Source: Candidatus Mesolinea sp.
GTDB lineage: Bacteria; Chloroflexota; Anaerolineae; Anaerolineales; Anaerolineaceae
Length of the DNA: 57,117 nucleotides
Reading direction: 5' to 3'
Assembly: GCA_003445715.1 (NCBI GenBank)
Contig: DMCS01000040.1
Span: 967-58,083 of the forward strand
Shown here in pieces: positions 10,397-20,063 of this stretch. The stretch's first letter is position 1. Every line of letters begins with the position of its first letter. The notes beneath the pieces were generated by a model. It did not search any database. It was not told the origin of the DNA and saw nothing but the letters and a program-made list of their open reading frames with translations. The translations under genes and the position numbers were made by a program.

Positions 10397-11278
10397 TCAT
10401 CCTGCAAAGAAATTTGCCGGTATACCAGGGATGAGCGTGCGAAGGTAGAAGAGATCGCCGGCTAAAGGTTGAGCGGTGCGCTCCTCTGGGCTTAATCCTG
10501 TGGAGGCTGAGGTGATATACAGATCGCGCAGGTCTTCGCCGCCAAAGGTTAGTGATGTCGGTCGGCTGACAGGCAAGCGAATTTCCTGCAGCACTTCACC
10601 CTCGGGCGAGAGCTGCAGTATACAACTGCCATCCCAAATAGCCACCCAGATATTCCCGGCTTGATCGACGCACAATCCGTCGGGCGTTGATGCGAGAGCG
10701 AGATTAGAGGGCACATAAAAAACTTCTGGTGCGCATAGCTTAAATCCTCTGAGATTGAACTGGTAGCGGTAGAGCGTTGAGGAACCAGAATCTACATAAA
10801 AACAATAGCGGTTATCTGGGCTCCAGTCGATGCCATTAGAAATTGTGACGCCTTCAAGCACAGTGGTTACCTTACCATCCAGGTCTAAGCAGAAGAGGGA
10901 GGAAGTGCCTTGGGGACCTTTGCTGCCTACCCAAAAGCGGCCAGCAGCATCAACCCGCCCATCATTCAGCATGTTGGCAGAGCCTTTGGGGTATAGGTCA
11001 ATGAAATTCGGGCTTAAGCCATGCTGCTCATTCCAAAATGCTAAGCCGTTTTCGGTCGCGATGACCAAGCCGCCTTTTCGTCGAAATGCGAAGCAGCCAG
11101 CACGTTTACCTAATGAAAAGGTTTCGATATGATCATTGTGAGGATGGTATCTGAATAACATCCCAGCTTCGATATCCAGCCAATACAAACAGGCTTCTAG
11201 TGGATGCCAGAGTGGACCTTCACCTAAAATTGTGTTGAGATGAATACAAGACTGCGAAAGCTGAGTTATTTGGGGCAT
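10397..11278 (-). CDS. SMP-30/gluconolactonase/LRE-family beta-propeller protein
   Basis: 293 aa. EGPLW near the N-terminus and NDGRVD, SNG(I/L)DWSPD, PDG..VD motifs typical of the SGL family. Confidence 0.85.
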   Translation of the reverse strand: MPQITQLSQSCIHLNTILGEGPLWHPLEACLYWLDIEAGMLFRYHPHNDHIETFSLGKRAGCFAFRRKGGLVIATENGLAFWNEQHGLSPNFIDLYPKGSANMLNDGRVDAAGRFWVGSKGPQGTSSLFCLDLDGKVTTVLEGVTISNGIDWSPDNRYCFYVDSGSSTLYRYQFNLRGFKLCAPEVFYVPSNLALASTPDGLCVDQAGNIWVAIWDGSCILQLSPEGEVLQEIRLPVSRPTSLTFGGEDLRDLYITSASTGLSPEERTAQPLAGDLFYLRTLIPGIPANFFAG

Positions 11279-11397
11279 ACTTCACCTTTCTTATGATGCT
11301 CTGGCTTGATTTTGCCATAAGCTTTGAGGGTTGACTTATAATTGACACATCGCTACATAAAATCACAGAAGCTCATTTCACAGAAACTTGCTGTGGA

Positions 11398-12258
11398 ATG
11401 ATTGCTGAAAGTGTAGGAGAAAAAATTTTAAATGAACTATGGAGCATCATGAATAACAACCAAATTACAGAATCTTCGAGCTTAGATTATAGGATTAAAC
11501 TATTTTCGACTCGTGGAAAGGAACCTTGGTTTATTTTGGCAGAATGCATTATCGTTGGAGCAGTTATAGGTGGTCTAATTAGTATATTTTTGAAACCAAT
11601 TTACGAGGCTAAAGCATTGATTACCACTAATATGGAATTGCACACGAATGGCACTATCACTGAAATTATGCTCGATGAACAGATTAGTCAAATCGGAGAA
11701 CTAGTCTTCCATCCGGATGTTGTTTCTAGCTTGATGGAAATTGAAGCAGCACAAGGTAATATGCTCACTTTGGAAGATTTACACAAAAAAACTGATATAG
11801 AGCGTCAACTTATGAATACTCTTATCAAAGTGAAGGATCACGATCCACAAGTAGCGGCACGCATTGCCTCTGAATGGGCTGAAATTCTATTTAACCGCCT
11901 CAATGAAGCATACACACATGCAGTTCGTCTCTCAGAGGCTAAGCTTATGTACGAAATTCTTAGTTCTTGTATAAATGATGCTTCAACAACTTATCAGTCA
12001 TATTGTGAATCCCTCACATATGACCAGATTCAATCTGAGTTGGATCACGTCAATTCTATTATCCTGGAGGAAAGCCCTAAATCTTTGGGGTTGATGTTGG
12101 CGCTAAACGTTAGCCAATATCAACCTGCAGCAATCCCAGCCGAACCACTATATTACCAGCGCGGTACGCTTATACTGTCTGGAGGAGGAATTGGATTAGT
12201 AGTTGGAATTCTCATTAACGAAGCTTTATATAATCAGAAAAAAACTCATGAGTTATAA
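11398..12258 (+). CDS. Polysaccharide co-polymerase (Wzz-like chain-length determinant), putative
   Basis: 286 aa. One TM helix near residue 50 and one near the C-terminus flank a helical soluble domain (PCP topology). Lies next to an O-antigen-ligase-like gene. The start is uncertain (alternative ATG at 11449). Confidence 0.45.
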   Translation: MIAESVGEKILNELWSIMNNNQITESSSLDYRIKLFSTRGKEPWFILAECIIVGAVIGGLISIFLKPIYEAKALITTNMELHTNGTITEIMLDEQISQIGELVFHPDVVSSLMEIEAAQGNMLTLEDLHKKTDIERQLMNTLIKVKDHDPQVAARIASEWAEILFNRLNEAYTHAVRLSEAKLMYEILSSCINDASTTYQSYCESLTYDQIQSELDHVNSIILEESPKSLGLMLALNVSQYQPAAIPAEPLYYQRGTLILSGGGIGLVVGILINEALYNQKKTHEL

Positions 12259-13786
12259 ATATAAAGAATCTTTCCTTAATATCTTTTGGGCTTTGTCATT
12301 AGTATCTTTGCCTGTTACAAGTTTTACACCTTTATCTAGATTATTTGGTGGCACCTCAGTTGCGCCGCTTTCTGCAATATTTTTGTCTATATTAGTAATA
12401 TTATACTTTCTTCCTCATTTTATAAAAACGAAATTAGTTCCTAGACATAGTTTGCCCATTTTGGTTTTTTTTCTCATTACATTGCTCACATTTGCGATGT
12501 CAACTTTTATCCCTTTTGAATCTTTCCGGGATGCTTCTTTTTTCCGAAATGCATTTGAAGGATTTGTTACACTCGCAATGGGCATCGGTTTTTATCTAAT
12601 AACAATATTTGTTATCCGAGATGAAAAATCTTTAAAGAAAACTATTTATTGGATTTATGTTGGAAGTATTATAATTATTTTCACTAGTTTACTACAAGCG
12701 ATTTCTTGGCAATATCTCGGTTACTATCCCCAATTTTTATGGAATATTCAATCCATATTTTCCTCTAGAGGAATGCTTTTTGAAAACCGTGTAACCGGGA
12801 TGGCTTTCGAGCCTTCCTGGCTGGCACACCAACTCAACACGCTCTACATTCCATTATGGTTAGGATTCAGCGTCAAAAATATTTCGATTTCGAAAAAGCG
12901 AATTTTTGGTATTTTGAGCCTCGAAAATATTTTGTTGGTCTTAGGTTTGGGAGTGCTTTTTCTCAGTTTTTCGCGGATTGGCTGGCTGACAACATTGGTG
13001 GTGTTTGCTTTCGCTATTTTCTATATAGCGAATCGGGCGATTAATCATTGGCTGAGCCAACGCAACGAAGCCTCCGGTAAAACAATCAGCCGTACGCGCC
13101 ACTTTATAACCAAATTTGGCATGTGGGTTGGGCTTCTATTGGTCGTTGGCTTGATGATTCTAGCCTCAGGAGTGCTCCTTTCGCGCATCGATCCCAGAAC
13201 GTCAGAACTCTTTAACATAGAGCGACTGCGACGTTTTGGCGTGTTGGGTTGGGCGAGTAAACTCGGCATTGCCGAGCGGTTGATTTACTGGATTACTGGC
13301 TTCCGTGTGTTCTTGGCACACCCGTGGTTTGGGGTTGGGTTAGGTGGCGCTGGGTTCTTTTTCACATCTTTAGTACCTGAGTTCGGCTACGGTTTGCCGG
13401 AGGTGGTCCGTTATCTCTTTTCGCTCAATATTGTACCCAACACAAAAAACTTATGGGTACGGTTGTTAGCCGAAACAGGAATCCTGGGCTTTGCTTTTTA
13501 TGTCTCTTGGGTTTACCTGCAATGGCGCGAAGCCGTTCAATTGGAGAGGACAGGTATGAGCGAACTGGAGCGGGCACTCGGGTTTATTGGCAAATTGTTT
13601 ATCTTGGCGCTAATCATGGAAGGCTTTAGCATGGATACGTTCGGATTACCATATTACTGGATCGCTTTAGGGCTCGTAGTCGCAGCCAGGCGCATCAGCC
13701 AACAAGCCAAAACCCCGCAAAGCGACGAAACCAGAGAAGAATTGACCCGTTCGATAGAGCCTCTGGAAAGCAATCAGCTTGCCTAA
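12248..13786 (+). CDS. O-antigen ligase / Wzy_C-family polytopic membrane protein
   Basis: At least 10 predicted TM helices. Wzy_C-like segment LSFSRIGWLTTLVV and a later HPWFGVGLGG loop. I chose ATG 12248; the ORF track starts at 12203. Confidence 0.7.
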   Translation: MSYKYKESFLNIFWALSLVSLPVTSFTPLSRLFGGTSVAPLSAIFLSILVILYFLPHFIKTKLVPRHSLPILVFFLITLLTFAMSTFIPFESFRDASFFRNAFEGFVTLAMGIGFYLITIFVIRDEKSLKKTIYWIYVGSIIIIFTSLLQAISWQYLGYYPQFLWNIQSIFSSRGMLFENRVTGMAFEPSWLAHQLNTLYIPLWLGFSVKNISISKKRIFGILSLENILLVLGLGVLFLSFSRIGWLTTLVVFAFAIFYIANRAINHWLSQRNEASGKTISRTRHFITKFGMWVGLLLVVGLMILASGVLLSRIDPRTSELFNIERLRRFGVLGWASKLGIAERLIYWITGFRVFLAHPWFGVGLGGAGFFFTSLVPEFGYGLPEVVRYLFSLNIVPNTKNLWVRLLAETGILGFAFYVSWVYLQWREAVQLERTGMSELERALGFIGKLFILALIMEGFSMDTFGLPYYWIALGLVVAARRISQQAKTPQSDETREELTRSIEPLESNQLA

Positions 13787-13800
13787 CAGCCGATGAGCGG

Positions 13801-14832
13801 TTAACGAATGAGAGTGAGCACTGATTGATTGAACTCGGTTAAAGTCTTTTTACCGGTAGCAAACATACAGATACGCAGTTCTTCCAGTATGAGTGTGATC
13901 GTCTTGGCCAATTGGTCATAACCTTCGTTGGCAGCGCGCAGTAGTGGACCCGCGATTCCTCCCAGGGTTGCACCCAAAGCCAAGCTCTTTGCTAAATCGA
14001 TGCCATTTTGCAGCCCACCAGAAGCAAAAACACATGCATTCGGAATTTCTTGTTTAATCTCGGCTAGGCATTGGGCTGTAGGGATGCCCCAGTCCTGAAA
14101 GTGAGCTACCATCTGCGCACGTTGTGGGTCTTTTTGCCGATACATCTCCACCTGGGACCAAGATGTACCGCCTGCACCAGCCACGTCTATGGCTGCTACG
14201 CCGGCTTCCAATAATTGCTTTGCTGCAGCCGCACCAATTCCCCAACCGACTTCTTTAGCAATGACCGGCACGGGCAGCTTCCTACAGATTTCCTCAATGC
14301 GCTTCAGTAAACCGTGAAATTGGGTGTCCCCTTCGGGTTGCAAGGCTTCTTGGAGCGGGTTAAGATGCAAAATGAGCGCATTGGCTGCGAGCATGTTCAC
14401 CGCTCTCTGGCATTCGCTAATACCATAGCCCATGTTGAGTTGTACCGCGCCCAAGTTCGCAAATAGGAGCGCGTCAGGTGCTTCTTGGCGGGTGATGCGG
14501 AAAGTATCTTCAAGAGATGGGTCTTCGAGCGCGGCGCGCTGCGAACCTACGCCTATTGCTAGTCCAAATTCCTGTGCAGCGCGGGCTAAAAGTTGGTTGA
14601 AATGGGCTGCTTTTTGTGTGCCACCAGTCATCGAGGAGATCAAGAGCGGACTGCGCAAGCGCTCGCCAAAAACCGTCAGGCTGGTATCGACCTCAGCCAA
14701 ATCAATTTCTGGCAGAGCTTGATGGCGAAAACGATACGCCTCGAAGCCGTTTGTTAGAGAGGATTTCACCCCCTTTTCCAAATTAATCCGCAAGTGGTCG
14801 TCTTTTCGTGAAGCGGTATGTGCATCCATCAT
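13801..14832 (-). CDS. fni: Type 2 isopentenyl-diphosphate delta-isomerase (FMN-dependent)
   Basis: 343 aa. SSMTGG, VGSQR, KEVGWG and AGAGGTSW motifs characteristic of IDI-2. Confidence 0.9.
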   Translation of the reverse strand: MMDAHTASRKDDHLRINLEKGVKSSLTNGFEAYRFRHQALPEIDLAEVDTSLTVFGERLRSPLLISSMTGGTQKAAHFNQLLARAAQEFGLAIGVGSQRAALEDPSLEDTFRITRQEAPDALLFANLGAVQLNMGYGISECQRAVNMLAANALILHLNPLQEALQPEGDTQFHGLLKRIEEICRKLPVPVIAKEVGWGIGAAAAKQLLEAGVAAIDVAGAGGTSWSQVEMYRQKDPQRAQMVAHFQDWGIPTAQCLAEIKQEIPNACVFASGGLQNGIDLAKSLALGATLGGIAGPLLRAANEGYDQLAKTITLILEELRICMFATGKKTLTEFNQSVLTLIR

Positions 14833-14916
14833 AATCTTCCTGTGTTATAGTAATGGTATTATAATTTGGCAATCAAAAATGCTAAAATATCCAGAATAAT
14901 GACAGTGAGGTGAAGG

Positions 14917-15156
14917 ATGGAAAATACATTTGAAAAAGTAAAAGAAGTCATCGTTGATGTACTCAAGATCGATGGTGATGATATTACGATGGACACGCGT
15001 TTCATTGAAGATCTCAAAGCTGATTCGATGGACCAGTTTTTTCTTATTGACGGTTTTTGCGAGAAGTTCGATATTACCATTTCCGACGAAACTGCGCGCA
15101 GTATACGCACAGTTGGTGATGCGGTCAAAGTGGTTGACGAACTTACCAAAGAGTAA
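14917..15156 (+). CDS. acpP: Acyl carrier protein
   Basis: 79 aa. The phosphopantetheine attachment motif LKADSMD is in the expected position. SD GAGGTGA lies upstream. Confidence 0.85.
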   Translation: MENTFEKVKEVIVDVLKIDGDDITMDTRFIEDLKADSMDQFFLIDGFCEKFDITISDETARSIRTVGDAVKVVDELTKE

Positions 15157-15203
15157 AACAGATTAATTCCTAGAGTAGAGGAGCACTGGGCTCCTCTTTG
15201 TGT

Positions 15204-16073
15204 TTAAGAGGTTGTAATTAGCGAGACGATTTCCTCTGGGAAGGAGACAACTTTCACGCCAGCCTGCCTAAAAGCGGCAATCTTGGATTGTGCCGTACCA
15301 GTGTTGCCCTCGATAATCGCACCAGCGTGCCCCATGCGGCGGTTTTCGGGTGCGGATTTTCCCGCAATGTAAGCGCAAACCGGTTTCGTCATCTCATTAA
15401 CGACAAACTCGGCAGCTTTTTCTTCTTCATTTCCGCCAATTTCACCCACAATAATGACTTGATCCGTGTGCGGGTCATCCTCGAAGAGCTCTAAACAATC
15501 CACAAAGCTCGTGCCTATAACCGGGTCTCCGCCAATGCCAATGCAAGTACTTACACCAATCCCAACCCGCTTGAGCGCTAAGGCTACTTCGTAAGTCAAC
15601 GTCCCTGAGCGGGAAACAATCCCGACTTTACCAGGTATTGCAATGTCTCCAGGGATAATGCCAGCTTTAGCTTGGCCGGGAGTGATAATTCCCGGAGAAT
15701 TGGGACCGACGAGGTAACACTCCTTCCCTGCTAAAACGCGGCGCACTTTGAGCATATCCATAATTGGAATCCCCTCTGTAATGCACACAATCAACTGTAT
15801 GCCTGCGTCGATCGACTCCAGAATTGCATCAAATGCATGGTAGGCTGGCACAAAAACCACGCTTGTATCTGCACCGGTAGACTTTTTTGCTTCCTCAACG
15901 GTATCGAATATGGGGACTTTGCCGTCCAATACCCATTCGCCGCCATGACCTGGGGATGTGCCAGCAACGATATTATGCCCGTAGTCCTGCATGTGCTGTG
16001 CATGATAACGGCCTTCGCGCCCGGTTATACCTTGAACCATGATTTTAGATTTATCTGTGAGTAAGATGCTCAT
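15204..16073 (-). CDS. sucD: Succinyl-CoA synthetase alpha subunit
   Basis: 289 aa. VQGITGREG, SRSGTLTYE and the catalytic-His region MGHAGAII. Confidence 0.95.
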   Translation of the reverse strand: MSILLTDKSKIMVQGITGREGRYHAQHMQDYGHNIVAGTSPGHGGEWVLDGKVPIFDTVEEAKKSTGADTSVVFVPAYHAFDAILESIDAGIQLIVCITEGIPIMDMLKVRRVLAGKECYLVGPNSPGIITPGQAKAGIIPGDIAIPGKVGIVSRSGTLTYEVALALKRVGIGVSTCIGIGGDPVIGTSFVDCLELFEDDPHTDQVIIVGEIGGNEEEKAAEFVVNEMTKPVCAYIAGKSAPENRRMGHAGAIIEGNTGTAQSKIAAFRQAGVKVVSFPEEIVSLITTS

Positions 16074-17215
16074 ACCATTGCTCTTTCAGCAGCATGCACA
16101 GCCATTTCTGCAGCTTGCATGAGGTTCTCTGCGATTAATAGATTGGGTACCTGAGCAAGCAAATTGCGGCCTTCCTCCGCGTTGGTGCCTTCCAAGCGGA
16201 TAATAAAGGGGAGATTGCGTGTGTTTTCTGGCAAGATTGAGATTAAGCCTTTGGCGACTTCATCGCAGCGTGTGATGCCGCCAAAGATATTAATCAGCAC
16301 AGCACGCACGTTTTCATCCGAAAGGATAATCCGCAGGGCAGCTTGGACTTTATCAGCGTTGGCACCGCCGCCAATATCCAGAAAGTTTGCTGGTTCGCCG
16401 CCAGCCTGCTGAATGCAATCCATGGTTGCCATGGCTAAGCCCGCGCCGTTCACCATACAGCCAATATGACCTGAGAGCTGGATGTAAGATAAGCAAAATT
16501 TGCGTGCTTCTTGTTCAGCAGGAGTCTCAACAGCCTGGTCAGTTAATTCCAAGAAATCCTCCTGACGGTAAAGAGCATTATCGTCAATGGTCATCTTTCC
16601 ATCCAGGGCGAGTAATTCTTTATCAGTAGTGATTACTAGTGGGTTGATTTCGACCAAGGTTGCATCCAATTGATCAAACAACTTCCACAAAGATAGGGCA
16701 ATGTGCAGAAGCGGTTTCCACAGGTCATAATCTAACCCAATGTGCGAAGCCATCGCCCGCACCATATAAGGCTGTAGACCTAGCAGAGGATCAATTGCTG
16801 TTCTGATAATCCGATTAGGATGATGGATGGCTAACTCTTCAATTTCTACACCACCTGAGGCTGAGAGGATAATAACCGGTTGGGCTAATGCCCGATCAAC
16901 GGTGATGCCAAGGTAAATTTCCTGGGTGAAATTAATCGCTTGTTCAACCAGGATACGTTGGACAGAAATGCCTTTGATTTTGCTGTTCAAGATGTCATTG
17001 GCGGCAGGATCGAGATCATTTTCGTCCTTAACCAGAAGGATGCCCCCAGCTTTTCCTCTACCACCCACCAAAACCTGGGCTTTTAGCACAACAGGATAGC
17101 CGATTTCAGCCGCAATTTGCTTGGCTTCGGCGGGAGTGGATGCTATTCTTGAGCGAGGAATGGGGATATCTTCACGGTTAAAATATGATTTAGACTGATA
17201 TTCGTGAAGTTTCAT
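16070..17215 (-). CDS. sucC: Succinyl-CoA synthetase beta subunit
   Basis: 381 aa. MKLHEYQSK N-terminus, ATP-grasp region, and GCMVNGAGLAMATMD. 4-nt overlap with sucD. Confidence 0.95.
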   Translation of the reverse strand: MKLHEYQSKSYFNREDIPIPRSRIASTPAEAKQIAAEIGYPVVLKAQVLVGGRGKAGGILLVKDENDLDPAANDILNSKIKGISVQRILVEQAINFTQEIYLGITVDRALAQPVIILSASGGVEIEELAIHHPNRIIRTAIDPLLGLQPYMVRAMASHIGLDYDLWKPLLHIALSLWKLFDQLDATLVEINPLVITTDKELLALDGKMTIDDNALYRQEDFLELTDQAVETPAEQEARKFCLSYIQLSGHIGCMVNGAGLAMATMDCIQQAGGEPANFLDIGGGANADKVQAALRIILSDENVRAVLINIFGGITRCDEVAKGLISILPENTRNLPFIIRLEGTNAEEGRNLLAQVPNLLIAENLMQAAEMAVHAAERAMV

Positions 17216-17259
17216 ACAGCTCCAAAAGATGTGATAATTTATTTTACTCCCATTTAAAC

Positions 17260-17286
17260 AAAAAAGCCCGGCTTAAAATCCGGGCT
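17260..17286 (-). terminator. Rho-independent terminator after the SPFH gene
   Basis: On the minus strand: stem AGCCCGG/CCGGGCT (17265-17271 / 17280-17286 in plus coordinates), 8-nt loop, then a T6 run. Confidence 0.55.
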
Positions 17287-17304
17287 GAACACATGTTTTT
17301 CTGA

Positions 17305-18345
17305 TTATCCTTTGAGGTAATCCTGCAATGCTTCTTTGCTGATGCGATATGCACTCCCAATCTTGCGGGCTTTGAGCTCACCCGCATTAATGGCTGCAAT
17401 AATGTCTTCCTCTGAAACTTTCAGGAAATTAGCGGCTTCAGAAGGGGTCATCACATCTGGAGGCGTTGATGCTCCAGCAGCTGCGCCAGCAGCGCCAGCT
17501 TGTTGCATTCCAGAGAGTGTGCCCCCTAGCACATTCCCGATGCCCATTCCTGCACCAATTCCAGCGGTCAAGCCTGCCCCGCCAGCGGGATTTTGAGCTG
17601 CTTCGCGCATTGCGTCGGCAGCTTGCAGTTGGGTATAGGTCTGCATATCCAACACGCCCATCTGGCGAAGTTCTTCTGCAGATTTATCGGACGGCTTCAG
17701 GTTACCAATGTAGAATGACTTCAGTAGAAGCCCGAGGGCTAAGAAATCATCTTGGGCTTTTGCTCTAACAGCAGCCCCTAACTCCTCAGTAAGCCCAATC
17801 AAATCTAAAACATTGCTTTGGGTTGTTGTTTCTCCAAGCACATCTTGCAGCTTGGAGAGAAGCATGGTGCGCAAACGCGTTTCGATATCAGACATGCGAT
17901 AAGCACCCTGAGCGCCGACTAATTGCGTGACGAACTGCTGTGGATCATTAACTTGGAAGCTGTAGGTGCCGAAGCCTTGCAACAGGGCAATCCCCAAACC
18001 CACACCCACATTACGCACAATGATTGGCTGTGGGGTACCCCATTTACGATCTGGAAACTCGCGCATGGAAACGTAATAAACTTCAGCCGTAAAAGGGGTA
18101 CGGCCTCCAAAAGGGATGCCGATCAAATTGACCAACAGCGGAATGTTCGCGGTGGTAATGGTATGCCGTCCTGGTCCTAAAACATCAAGTGCGCGCCCAT
18201 CTTTAAAGAAAACCACATTTTGTGATTCGCGTACGATCACCTGCGATCCCATGCGTAAGTCTGCAACACCCGTTTCTGGGAAGCGATGCACAATTTCATC
18301 AGTCATCTCGCTGGGATATTCAACAACATCAAAAATTCTAGCCAT
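17305..18345 (-). CDS. SPFH/Band-7-type protein (COG4260-like) fused to C-terminal excisionase-type HTH
   Basis: 346 aa. The N-terminal 250 aa resemble the 'virion core protein-like' SPFH family (VVEYPSE..IVHRFPE..L..GS.VIV.ESQ..VFFKDG). A Gly/Ala-rich linker follows. The C-terminus MTPSEAANFLKVSEEDIIAAINAGELKARKIGSAYRISKEAL matches the HTH_17/excisionase pattern. Confidence 0.75.
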   Translation of the reverse strand: MARIFDVVEYPSEMTDEIVHRFPETGVADLRMGSQVIVRESQNVVFFKDGRALDVLGPGRHTITTANIPLLVNLIGIPFGGRTPFTAEVYYVSMREFPDRKWGTPQPIIVRNVGVGLGIALLQGFGTYSFQVNDPQQFVTQLVGAQGAYRMSDIETRLRTMLLSKLQDVLGETTTQSNVLDLIGLTEELGAAVRAKAQDDFLALGLLLKSFYIGNLKPSDKSAEELRQMGVLDMQTYTQLQAADAMREAAQNPAGGAGLTAGIGAGMGIGNVLGGTLSGMQQAGAAGAAAGASTPPDVMTPSEAANFLKVSEEDIIAAINAGELKARKIGSAYRISKEALQDYLKG

Positions 18346-18381
18346 TTTTATTCCTCCGAATATATTCTATTTTTACGATTA

Positions 18382-18906
18382 TCAACTGGCAGCAATACCT
18401 TTGAGCACCTCTGAGCGCTTGTTGAATGTGTCTAAGCACTCCTGCGCCGTAGTGATCAAGTTTTGTAAAGCTGCCGGTAAGCCTTCTGTACCGATGGACT
18501 CTTCCACATTGCCAATGGCACGGTCAACCGTTTCTGCCAAAGTAAGCAATTGAAGATCAAATTGGTACACCTGTGCTAAGTCATCTTCTTTGATTTTCAC
18601 TGCATCAAAAATGCCTGCATATCCATAGCTTGCCGTTCTTACGCGGTCAATGAATTGGCGTAGCTTAATCGCTGCCGCTTCTAGTTCATCGATATAAGCT
18701 AACCCGCCTTGAGAAATCAATTGACGTTGTAAGCCGGAAATGCGCTGGTAGAGCGGTTCAAACGTGTTAACGACCTGCTCGCGCAGCAGTTTATCGGATC
18801 TGCGGCGTTCAGAGCGCTCGACATAGCCCTTAAACCCAGGAATTTTGGCAAATATTTTTGTCACGGCATCCTGTTCACCGGTAACCTTATCATATATATC
18901 ACTCAT
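18382..18906 (-). CDS. Hypothetical helical protein, co-transcribed upstream of the SPFH-HTH gene
   Basis: 174-aa ORF with no recognised motif, 36 nt upstream of the SPFH gene on the same strand. Coding-like composition. Confidence 0.55.
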   Translation of the reverse strand: MSDIYDKVTGEQDAVTKIFAKIPGFKGYVERSERRRSDKLLREQVVNTFEPLYQRISGLQRQLISQGGLAYIDELEAAAIKLRQFIDRVRTASYGYAGIFDAVKIKEDDLAQVYQFDLQLLTLAETVDRAIGNVEESIGTEGLPAALQNLITTAQECLDTFNKRSEVLKGIAAS

Positions 18907-19069
18907 TTTTCTCCTTTAGTACGTTAATTATTGCGTTATACAAATAATACTATGAGCAAATTGCGATGACCACAGATAATCTATAGAATCCTCCCTTTTC
19001 TGTTTAAAAGCCTTCTTGCTCTGGTGGTATTATAATTGAAAAAAGCATTGTTATTTGTGGAGTGGCTGC

Positions 19070-19207
19070 ATGAGTTCTCATTCCAATCGAGGTTGGGGAC
19101 CTCTGGAATATATCCTACTAATTATCGTGATTTTCTTATTGCTGTTTACTTTGTTTTCTCTTTTTTGGCCAGCAATTCAACTTTTTTATAATTCCAACAT
19201 CCCTTAG
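19070..19207 (+). CDS. Possible 45-aa single-TM micro-protein
   Basis: ATG 19070 to TAG 19205-19207 encodes MSSHSNRGWGPLEYILLIIVIFLLLFTLFSLFWPAIQLFYNSNIP. Below the ORF-track length cut-off. Ends 9 nt before comF. No homology evidence. Confidence 0.3.
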   Translation: MSSHSNRGWGPLEYILLIIVIFLLLFTLFSLFWPAIQLFYNSNIP

Positions 19208-19216
19208 AGGGCAACT

Positions 19217-19981
19217 TTGGGGATAGTTGATAAGTTCGGGATCCAGGCAAAAGCATACTGGTTTTTCTGGAACGGCGTTGATTGGCTGTTTCCTCCGGAA
19301 TGCATCGGCTGCGGTAAGGAGGGCGCAATAATTTGCCCCGAATGCTTACATGGCATGATGCGTGCTGAATTAAATTCCTGTATTTATTGTGGGGTAAAGC
19401 TTCCTAAGAGAGGTGTATGCACGCGGTGCGGACATATACCGCATGCTATTCATGAACTTCGTTACGTGGCTGCCTATCAAGGGGTGATGCGCACCGCGAT
19501 TCAACGCTTGAAATACGAGCGAGATTTAGGTGTTGGGCTGGAGTTAGCCAAAATGCTAGCGCAGATTGTGCAAGTGACTGACTGGCAGATCGATTTGATT
19601 ATGCCCGTGCCTTTAAGTGAAAAGCGCCAAGCTCAGCGTGGTTACAATCAAGCTGCGTTATTAGCCTACCCTCTATCTCTACAATTACATCTCCCCGAAA
19701 ACACAAAGGGCTTGGTGCGTGTTCATGAGACCAGATCCCAGGTAAACCTCAACTTTCAAGAGCGCCAGGAAAACGTACAAGGCGCTTTCTGCGCTGATCC
19801 ATCCATTGTGAAAGATAAAACAATACTTCTGGTTGATGACGTCTTCACCACAGGCGCAACTATAAACGCAGCAGCTGCAGCTCTCAGAGAATCTGGGAGT
19901 AAACGCGTTTATGCGCTTACAGCTGCGAAAGCCTTAGGAAGACAAGTCACGATTGAAAATGCCCCTGCATTCGATGTATAA
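19217..19981 (+). CDS. comF: ComF-family protein (phosphoribosyltransferase domain)
   Basis: 254 aa. N-terminal Cys4 zinc finger (CIGCG..CPEC..CIYCG..CTRC) and C-terminal PRTase motif ILLVDDVFTTGATI. Confidence 0.85.
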   Translation: MGIVDKFGIQAKAYWFFWNGVDWLFPPECIGCGKEGAIICPECLHGMMRAELNSCIYCGVKLPKRGVCTRCGHIPHAIHELRYVAAYQGVMRTAIQRLKYERDLGVGLELAKMLAQIVQVTDWQIDLIMPVPLSEKRQAQRGYNQAALLAYPLSLQLHLPENTKGLVRVHETRSQVNLNFQERQENVQGAFCADPSIVKDKTILLVDDVFTTGATINAAAAALRESGSKRVYALTAAKALGRQVTIENAPAFDV

Positions 19982-20063
19982 TTTGGTTATGAAAATCCAA
20001 GGTGTAATCAGTTAGGGTTGAAAAGACTTTGGGTAAATTCCACAATTGACTAAGGAGGCTAGT

